A stretch of 51,329 bases of DNA from Trichomonas gallinae (taxonomy: Eukaryota), in assembly GCA_008369845.1 (NCBI GenBank), contig MRSU01000988.1:1-51329 (forward strand), given 5' to 3'. The position numbers were made by a program, and so were the translations under genes. Shown here piece by piece: positions 43,355 through 51,329 of this stretch. The notes below the pieces were generated by a model. That model did no database searches. It was not told where the DNA came from and saw only the letters and a list, made by a program, of their open reading frames with translations. The first letter of the stretch is position 1. Each line of letters opens with the position of its first letter.

Positions 43355-43957
43355 TCAAATCTCGAAAATTTCCTCCCAATTTGGAACAGATAAAGATGAT
43401 GATAGTATATCGTCAAAGTTGAATATGTTGTCCTTTTCGTCGCTGGAAAACACATTATCTTGCATTAAACCTTTGGGGTTAAATATTTCCACTTTGTCAG
43501 TTTGTTTTTCGATTTTATCATTGTAAATTGTAATTGGAGGCGATAATATTGCAGTTTTCTTTTGCGGTGAAGTCTTTCTATTGTAAGTTTTCAGAGATGG
43601 CGCTTTGCCTTTTGAAACAAGAAGTGCATAGCGATTCTTTATATTCACCTCCGATCTTTTTGGGAAGAAAACGACAATCTTGGACCATCTTTGACCGATT
43701 TCCTTGACTTTCTCAATCAGCAATTTATCCTCTACAAAGTTCCACGGTCCATTAGTAAGATTCGGTGATAAATAGTTCAAATATCTTTCCCTGCATTGTC
43801 TTGTTTTCTTTGTTGCCATCAAATTTGCAACTTTTTTCCAATTGTGAGTTCCATAGATAGATACCAGTTCAATAAGCTTGGCATCTTCCTCCCTCGTGAA
43901 TTTCTGCTTCTTAGGATGATCAGCTTCAACTATCTCGTCTACGTTGCTAACAATCAT
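43355..43957 (-). CDS. R2R3 Myb-like transcription factor
   Basis: KFTREEDAKL..YGTHNW..RQCRERYLNYLSP..PWNFVEDKLL..GQRWSKI..RSEVNIKNRY. The first ATG is at 43957. Confidence 0.95.
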   Translation of the reverse strand: MIVSNVDEIVEADHPKKQKFTREEDAKLIELVSIYGTHNWKKVANLMATKKTRQCRERYLNYLSPNLTNGPWNFVEDKLLIEKVKEIGQRWSKIVVFFPKRSEVNIKNRYALLVSKGKAPSLKTYNRKTSPQKKTAILSPPITIYNDKIEKQTDKVEIFNPKGLMQDNVFSSDEKDNIFNFDDILSSSLSVPNWEEIFEI

Positions 43958-45665
43958 CAAAAATAAAAAACTTTTGATTTCTGCTCTCAATTTTTTTCTT
44001 TTGCAACGAAACAAAACGCATATCTATATGTAATTAGCCCATTTTCATCAATTAAATGATAGAGAATTTTCTGTGTGGTTTATTTCAAAAATAGTTGAAT
44101 ATTTCGAATTCCCATACGATAAACTATGGCTTTTTTCGATGAAATCTTTTCAAAAGCTTTTTGTCAATTTTTATTTAATTTCCGATCAAAAAATAAAAAA
44201 CTTTGAGGTCCTCAGAAAAATTATTTTATCACCATTCTTTATAATAATCTTACAGTATCAAAAAAAGAAAATATAATTTGAGTGGAAAATTATCGTCGTT
44301 ATTTTTGATTCTTTCTCAAAAGTAATATAATTATATGATCTAAATTATTTTATTGTGCTATGGAAATTATATCGAAATATTTAATTATAATTATTTATTG
44401 TTGTGATTTTCAGATATCAAGTACAAATAAAAGTATTCCATGGACATATCCGGGGCTGTCAATAGCGATAAGAAATAAATGTAGCAATTATTTCAATTTC
44501 AGACCTGTGGTTCAAGCAGAATAAATGTGTAAGGGCGTAGGGAATTGGAACATTCACAACAGTCTGTCAATATAAGTAAAAGAACAAAGATGTGAACGTA
44601 TTGTAAAAATTGAATTACAATTAATATTTTTCTTAGATATTATTGAGAATAAAAAGCCGAAATTATGTGAATATCACTGATAATATCATAAATTGCGATT
44701 TGATGTAACATGAATTGGTTTTTTTCTAATAATTTTCAAATATTGAAATGAAAATATTAAATTAAAATCAGAAATTGAATAATAGCGCTTTATAAAATAA
44801 TTCCATTCATTAAATGGAATTATTATACATCTTTTTGTATAATTATTTTTGCTTTTTTTTTAATTATGAATAATTTCTTTAAAACTATTGCTGCACTCGG
44901 TTGATTATATGGATGATGCGAGCGAATGTGTTATGTATTGACCTGATTATTGCGAATCAAGGTTTTGCGGGCTTAATACAGAAAAATATAAATGCGAAAT
45001 TTTATTTCGTTAGAATTGATAATTTTCTCAAATTTTCTGATGACCTCTTTAATTTGACAAAATTTTGGTTTCTTCAAATTGTTAGATCGAAAATAAACTG
45101 GGAATTCCGATGTTATTTTTGATCGTTCAGAAAAATTGAGAGATCTCAAATTTCTCACAATTAAAATCTAGACTGGTGATGATATCCCTCATTCCAACAT
45201 GACTATTCCGGTATATAGTTTGTAAATATCTAAAAATTAGAATCAAATATGAAAAAATTTAAATCTGAACACAAAAATATAAGAATTTAATCTTAATTAC
45301 GTCTTATAATAAATATGTATACTGTGTTGTTGTTAAATCGAAATCAATTTTTATAAAATATGCTAAAATAGATAAAATACAATTTCACCAAGAAATGATG
45401 AACCCATAAACATATATTTGAAACTTCGCATAATATTATCAAATATTGCAGCAATTTTGAACTTTTTTATTAAAAATATAAAAATTAACCACAATTCGTC
45501 CCAATATATAAACATGCATTATTACATCAGTTCATTATGTCAATAAACAACTAGAATTTATTCAAATAAAATATTTGATTTCATCAAAAAAAAAAAATAA
45601 TATACTGTAAACCAGCATTACTTCATTGATATAAATGAAGATCTAAATTAACGATTACTGCAATC

Positions 45666-47054
45666 TTATGAATCTAAATTAGCTCTAGATATAATCACAT
45701 TGATTATTTGTGTTGTTTCATCATCAGTATCCATCATTTTATCCTCTAAAACTGCATATCCATCAATTCTCATCATTGTATCTATGAAAATATCTTTTCT
45801 GGATAAAAATAAAAGTATTTCTATACATAATTGCTGAATTTTTGGAGATGATTCGACGATTAATAACAATGTTTCCAGAAACTGTTCGTCAATAAAGTTG
45901 TCAACATTAACAAATCCGGATTCAAACATTAATTTGATGAATCTTAATGTTTGTTCTTTCACCTTTGTATGTTCATTTATGAATTGATACATTATTGCAT
46001 GAACAATGTCAGATTGAACTATATGCTGGAATGAAGGCTTATTAAAATTATAAATTTCCATTAGATAATTAACTATTGATGCCTTATTAGGAAAATGCTG
46101 CGATTCAAGACACCTTATAATAGTATCCGGTCCAATATCCTGAAAAACATTATCAAATTGATCAAATTTGAATGATATTAAAATTAGCATTTCTATTGCA
46201 TAATTCATGATTTCCGGGTTATTATTGTTGATATGACGCTTCATTAAATTAGTAAAGAAATCTATGTCATCAATTTGATCTGAATTTCTCGAATTTAATA
46301 TATTATAGCAGGAAATTGTGATATTTAAATCCAAATCGCTCATATTGACTTCAACGAGCTCTTTGAGAATGAATACGAGTCTATTTTGTTGCTTTTTCGA
46401 TAAAAGTGGAGAAACCTTAGAAAGGTGACAAAGTAATTCAGCAGAATTTTTCTTCAAAATTGGATCATTAGAGAAAAGTAGGGAATCTACGCACGATATT
46501 AAGTTATTTAGTGAGTTTTCGCTGATTTCATTGAGTTTCGTAGTATTTTGGATGACGTAAAGCAATAAATTGAAAAACGGTGATTTGAATTTCTGAGGGA
46601 ATGTATCTATAATACTGCTGAATAGGTCTACTATGCCTAAATCTATGTATCTATCGATGAATATGTTGTTCATTATTAGTATTTTGTATAAGATAATGAT
46701 AAGTTTTTCTGTGATGTGTATATTAAGTGTTGGAGAAGGATCACCTTCTTCCCTATAGTAGTTAATGTATAATATCTTGAAAACAACTTCGAGAAAGTGA
46801 GAATTCATAACGATATCTATGATTTCTTCTGAATCAAATGTACAATGTTGTAAAATGCTTAGAATTAGAATCACCATCCTACTGTTGCTCACTTGATCAG
46901 CATTGTAGCCATCATCTATTTCTTCTACAATCATTCGAATTCGATCATCTCCGTAAATTTGCTCTTGAATCACTTGACGTTGAAAGACAACTTCCGTGTA
47001 TGGTCTTGTGTTCATGAAACTCTTTAGAAAGCTCTGCTCTTTGTAATCCTGCAT
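45666..47054 (-). CDS. Hypothetical alpha-solenoid (ARM/HEAT-like) protein
   Basis: 462-aa ORF with amphipathic helical repeats. No diagnostic motif. Confidence 0.65.
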   Translation of the reverse strand: MQDYKEQSFLKSFMNTRPYTEVVFQRQVIQEQIYGDDRIRMIVEEIDDGYNADQVSNSRMVILILSILQHCTFDSEEIIDIVMNSHFLEVVFKILYINYYREEGDPSPTLNIHITEKLIIILYKILIMNNIFIDRYIDLGIVDLFSSIIDTFPQKFKSPFFNLLLYVIQNTTKLNEISENSLNNLISCVDSLLFSNDPILKKNSAELLCHLSKVSPLLSKKQQNRLVFILKELVEVNMSDLDLNITISCYNILNSRNSDQIDDIDFFTNLMKRHINNNNPEIMNYAIEMLILISFKFDQFDNVFQDIGPDTIIRCLESQHFPNKASIVNYLMEIYNFNKPSFQHIVQSDIVHAIMYQFINEHTKVKEQTLRFIKLMFESGFVNVDNFIDEQFLETLLLIVESSPKIQQLCIEILLFLSRKDIFIDTMMRIDGYAVLEDKMMDTDDETTQIINVIISRANLDS

Positions 47055-47687
47055 TTGTAAAATAAATAAATTAAATTTACGATAAAAGTTGAAAGGTGAT
47101 GCAAATGGGCATAATTATAGTGACCAAAAATCAAAACAATCGATGTCAGAAAATTTGAGAAAAAGATAAAACGATAGATTTTCATTCTTTTATTTCTATT
47201 GATTTGTATATGTTGACGTGTATATAAACAAATTGCATCAAATTCTTCAGAAAATGTTTAAATTTTTAAAAGAGTTAATCACTTCTCATAAAGTGGCCAA
47301 TAAATCTTATTCCAAGCAACAACATTTCATACAAACATAAATAACATGATTAGATACAGTTGCTTTTCGTGAAATATCTATGTGATTTTGCGAAAAGTTG
47401 AGCAGAATAAGAGCGAAATAAATTTCATAATATTATTGGCAAAAATAATGCTGTGAACGATTTGAGCGCACACTAATATTACCAACATCTTCTTTATCAA
47501 GAAATAGATGGTTTGTGTGGGTTAATATTGATTAATTATCGAATTTTTCGATTGATATTTTCAATAAAATCTTTTGTTTATTGGAAATCAATAATGGACT
47601 GCAGATGAGACAAATAAAGCAAAATTGTGCTGTGAAAACTGCGAATTATGCATTCAATTTGTGAAATTTTGGATTTTGCTGAAACTG

Positions 47688-47694
47688 TCACTTT
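47688..47694 (+). promoter_or_regulatory. Inr-like TCACTTT
   Basis: Ends 5 nt before ATG 47700. Confidence 0.65.
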
Positions 47695-47699
47695 TTAAA

Positions 47700-48608
47700 A
47701 TGGAAAACACAGAAACAATTCATGTAAATTTCAAAATATTGGGTAATTCAGCCATTGAGTCACTTGATTTGCCGGTAGACTGCGGGCTTGAGACATTGAA
47801 AGTATTAGTTTCCGATTTTTGTCATATTCCGATTGAAAATATGCGAATTTTGTTCAAAGGACGCGCATTTAAAGCATCAGATACACTACAATCATTAGGG
47901 GTGAAAAATGAGGATACTATTATAGTTGTTCCTCAAAGGAAAAATAATCCACCTCCAGTAGCTGATCCTCCTGCTCCACAAGTTACAGAAGTACCAGCTC
48001 CAGCACCAAATCAGCCTGGAAATGCTGCATCTCCAGCTCCACAAACACAAAATCAGGAAAACCAAGACTCACCTGAAAAGAAAGAGCTTAGAAAGAAGCT
48101 TGCTCAACTACAAAAAGCTATTACAACACTTAATTCTCAAATTGTTGAACTTCAAGCTAAATTATCAGATCAAAATACACAAATTCCCCAAGAAATAGAA
48201 ACACTCAAACAAAAAGTCGATGAATCTACAAGATCTTTACAAGAATTATCACAAAACTTGAATTATGAAAGTTCACCAGCAAATACAACTGAAACTCCAG
48301 CTCCAGAGCCAGAACTAGTTGATCCTGATAGTGAAAGAATTGCTGAGCGTCCACCTCCAACTCAAAATCCAGGAAGGCCAAATCTACCAATAAATGATTT
48401 AATTAGCAGCATTTTTGGTGGTGGACAAAACGCTGGTAATAACCAAAATGCTCAGGTTCAAAATCCTCAGCCAACTGGAGTTTACTTCACACCACAACAG
48501 ATGGAGATTATAAATGCAGACATTGCAAGAATGAATGCAGAAGGTTATATTAAACCTCTCAATGATACATATAGGGCCACTGAAATTTATGGGCATACTA
48601 AGGTTTAA
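47700..48608 (+). CDS. Ubiquitin-like-domain protein, BAG6-like
   Basis: N-terminal UBL (LKVLV..IPIENMRILFKGRAFKASDTLQSLGVKNEDTIIVV), P/Q/N-rich linkers, a coiled coil, and C-terminal IINADI..KPLNDTY. Confidence 0.8.
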   Translation: MENTETIHVNFKILGNSAIESLDLPVDCGLETLKVLVSDFCHIPIENMRILFKGRAFKASDTLQSLGVKNEDTIIVVPQRKNNPPPVADPPAPQVTEVPAPAPNQPGNAASPAPQTQNQENQDSPEKKELRKKLAQLQKAITTLNSQIVELQAKLSDQNTQIPQEIETLKQKVDESTRSLQELSQNLNYESSPANTTETPAPEPELVDPDSERIAERPPPTQNPGRPNLPINDLISSIFGGGQNAGNNQNAQVQNPQPTGVYFTPQQMEIINADIARMNAEGYIKPLNDTYRATEIYGHTKV

Positions 48609-49011
48609 TTTTTTATATAGATTTATATCTTAATAAAGTTTATTTGAATATAGCTTACAACAATCATATGATATTTGTCTCAAAAAATATTTAATAGCTT
48701 TGCATTCAATGGCAAAAATTACTTTAAATTCGAGTCTAATTTGATAATTTGATTGGTAATACTGCACAAAATTTATTCATTTAATTAAAATATGCTAGAT
48801 TATTTCTTGATACTAGCTTTAAATCATCTACATAAGTATATTTTAATTTGATTAAAATTAAAATTGTATTATTAATATTCTAAAGCATGAGTTTTATATG
48901 AGGTTGATGTGATATTGCAATAAAGAGTGGAATATATCTATTATTAAAGTAGAAAATTAAATCAAAAATTATTTAAAAATACAAACAAGAAAAAACAAAA
49001 CAGAAATCAAT

Positions 49012-50154
49012 TCAGCACTTAACGAGCTTAATAATAGATTTTCTGAAGTTTTGTGTTTTGTTATCATGGACTAATCGATTAAGTGAAAGATTCGAACGAG
49101 ATAATGGAGCATTGATTTTTCTCTGACATAATGGGATATATTGATACATTTCTATCTTCTTATATTCGCAATTTGCTTTTGTATATTGCTCGATAGGTTC
49201 GAAAAGATGAGAATGCATCTCACCGTCAGCCATTACTTGAAGTAAACCAGCAGAATTTGATGGGCTTTGAGAATAAAGGCTAGATGAGAAAACAGTAATG
49301 ACTTGGTGATTCAAATGGCGTCTTATTCCATTGACGCATTCATGTCCTCTTATAATGCATCGTAAATTGTTCAAATTCAAGAAATATTTTACGGCTGATG
49401 AACCGTAAAAATCACCTTTGCCTCGTAAGTTATCTTTGAACCATTGAGTATCTTCGCATGGGTCACTCCACATCATTCCTTCGATTAAAGTTGGTTCTCT
49501 GCTATCTAAAACCGGGGGTGGATTTTCATTCTCAAGTAGAACAACAAGATCGTTATCAAATCGAGTAATTGGTCGTTGAAGCTCATCTATTTGTGAGACT
49601 TTCTTCAGTGCTGGACATATTCCACCGTGGACTAAAAATATATTATCATTTAATATTCCTGCTAAAGGCATCCAAGAGAATGCTTCATTAAATAGATTAT
49701 AGATATCTTCATCGTACTCCGCGATCACTTGCGCTTTAAACCCATACATTGTATTTACAGATTCAAACTCGTGATTTCCTCTGAGTACATAAACCTTTGA
49801 CGGATACAAAAGCTTCAATGCGAACACTAGAATGCAAATCTCTATCGAAAAATCACCTCGATCAACGTAATCGCCCAAAAAAATATATCCGAAGTTCATT
49901 GCTGAGCCGGTGAAGGAAAAAATGCGCAACAGGTCCCTTATATTGCCGTGCAGGTCTCCAACTATGTTGTAGTTGCCTGAAATGCGCAGTAAAGTGTGCT
50001 CATTTTGAAATATTTGAATAACATTATACAACATAGTTTCTAGGTCTTCTTTTTCGAGCTTTGGCATCTTGATCTTTTCTTTCGTGTAGTCCTTCTCCTT
50101 CTTGACATCCTCCATCATTGCAAGAAATGCATCGAAAGTATTTCTCGCTTGCAT
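49012..50154 (-). CDS. PPP-family Ser/Thr protein phosphatase
   Basis: Motifs GDLHG, GDYVDRG, LRGNHE, HGG, MWSDP, RGHE and TVFSS. Confidence 0.95.
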   Translation of the reverse strand: MQARNTFDAFLAMMEDVKKEKDYTKEKIKMPKLEKEDLETMLYNVIQIFQNEHTLLRISGNYNIVGDLHGNIRDLLRIFSFTGSAMNFGYIFLGDYVDRGDFSIEICILVFALKLLYPSKVYVLRGNHEFESVNTMYGFKAQVIAEYDEDIYNLFNEAFSWMPLAGILNDNIFLVHGGICPALKKVSQIDELQRPITRFDNDLVVLLENENPPPVLDSREPTLIEGMMWSDPCEDTQWFKDNLRGKGDFYGSSAVKYFLNLNNLRCIIRGHECVNGIRRHLNHQVITVFSSSLYSQSPSNSAGLLQVMADGEMHSHLFEPIEQYTKANCEYKKIEMYQYIPLCQRKINAPLSRSNLSLNRLVHDNKTQNFRKSIIKLVKC

Positions 50155-51252
50155 TTTAGTTTTCTGAAAAAAAAAAAAAAAAAGAATTGATTCAAAAGTG
50201 GAAATTCAAAAATAATAATCTAAATACAATGTTGTAGTACCCTTATTTGCAAATGTAAAAAGATTCTATGAAGAATGATCGTGCACATTGAATGTGAAAA
50301 TTCTTTGCGAGTTCAGTATAATGTTTAAAATGATATTACGATTTTTTGATTTTTTTTTTTTTTTAAATGGTATTGAATTTTTTGAAGACAATTTTTAAAA
50401 ATTAATTATGATGATAAATTAAAAGAATTTATCGATAAATAATTGAATTGAATACAATTTCTGTAAATTTTGTAAATGTCAAATTCGACTATATAATATA
50501 GTTCATATTATTCATAGTTTTTTTTCAATTTTTTGTTTTCATTCAAAATTCTTCGGCAGCATAAAACATCCACTATATCCTTATCTGAAAAAGAATTTTA
50601 AGTTTCCATTTGAAAACAAAATTGAAAGAAATTTGAAAACGAGCTGACCAATTATGAGAATGACTCAAATTCTTCGTAGATTCTGATATGTTGTTGTCTG
50701 ACGGTAATAATTTTAAAGTTTTGTCCATTATTTTGGACACTCAATTTTTTTCACTTTTTATGACATAATGTTTGATTTTGTCATGATATTATAATCTGTG
50801 CCATTTAAACATCATATATAATTAACAATTTTCAATTTTTTGCAAAATGTGAATAAAAGGAACGAATATCATATTCATGAGCAACTCAAGAAAGCAATAG
50901 TATCAAAAGATTGCGAACGAATTCATTATTTGCAACAAACTTTTTTGAAGTTGATTACTTAGCTATGACACTGGATCAATTTGTTTCATACAAATATAGA
51001 AAGAGATGTACGAAATTTCAAGACATTTAAAATAAAAATTATTTTATGCAATTTAAATTCTGCAATTGTTAGCCACTTCAATTCATCGAATAGATTTAAT
51101 GAGTACTATAAATATATATCAAAGAATACCAGCTTTGAAACTCATATGCATTGAAGGAAATCATATTTAATATCTATTGATAGAATTAAATGGTACATAC
51201 GAACTATAAACATGTAAAGCATCTGAAAGCGCTTGATTTTCAGACTCTAAAA

Positions 51253-51329
51253 TACAGTCACCCTAAAAACCCGTCGAACGCTGTGCAAACCCGTCTAACG
51301 TCGTTTTTTTAGCGTAAAAATAGCATTTT
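51253..51329 (+). mobile_element. Possible terminus of a DNA transposon (TA + CAGT start, subterminal direct repeats)
   Basis: TA-CAGTCACCC at 51253 marks a switch to GC-richer sequence. AAACCCGTC(G/T)AACG is repeated at 51267 and 51287. Truncated by the window end. Confidence 0.35.

Noticed and set aside
44073..45158. Short ORFs between the Myb and ARM-like genes
   Set aside because: Non-ATG starts and no motifs.
1..51329. tRNA, rRNA, snRNA genes and canonical trichomonad introns
   Set aside because: No cloverleaf, rRNA-like segment or ACTAACACACAG-type acceptor was recognised by eye. tRNAscan-SE and Infernal would be needed to exclude them.

Overview
AT-rich eukaryotic genomic DNA from a trichomonad parabasalid (Trichomonas or a close relative). 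This is inferred from the Leu91-type MDH-derived LDH, the BspA, Pmp-like, GP63, Myb and DUF3447-ankyrin families, and Inr-like TCA(T/C/G)T elements just 5' of ATGs. About 18 mostly intron-less genes are present: LDH, two PPP phosphatases, GP63, two paralogous coiled-coil proteins, a CARMIL-like LRR protein, a C2 protein, an amino-acid transporter, a tail-anchored RhoGEF-Kelch protein, an ABCB half-transporter, a Pmp-like protein, two BspA, a Myb, an ARM-like protein and a BAG6-like UBL protein, plus gene relics. The most unusual object is the ankyrin gene at 4794-6569. Four clean ankyrin-repeat coding blocks follow the main ORF in shifting frames. Each is separated at the same loop position by an intervening sequence built from ~20-24-nt TTCAT-centred units, often ATGA..TTCAT hairpins. 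These inserts lack the trichomonad intron consensus, suggesting an undescribed splicing or recoding system. Also notable are a BspA with a TAG at codon 3 followed by a perfect 10-bp hairpin, and a recurrent palindromic TTACATGACA upstream element. Several ORF-track starts (TTG/GTG) were corrected to the first ATG.
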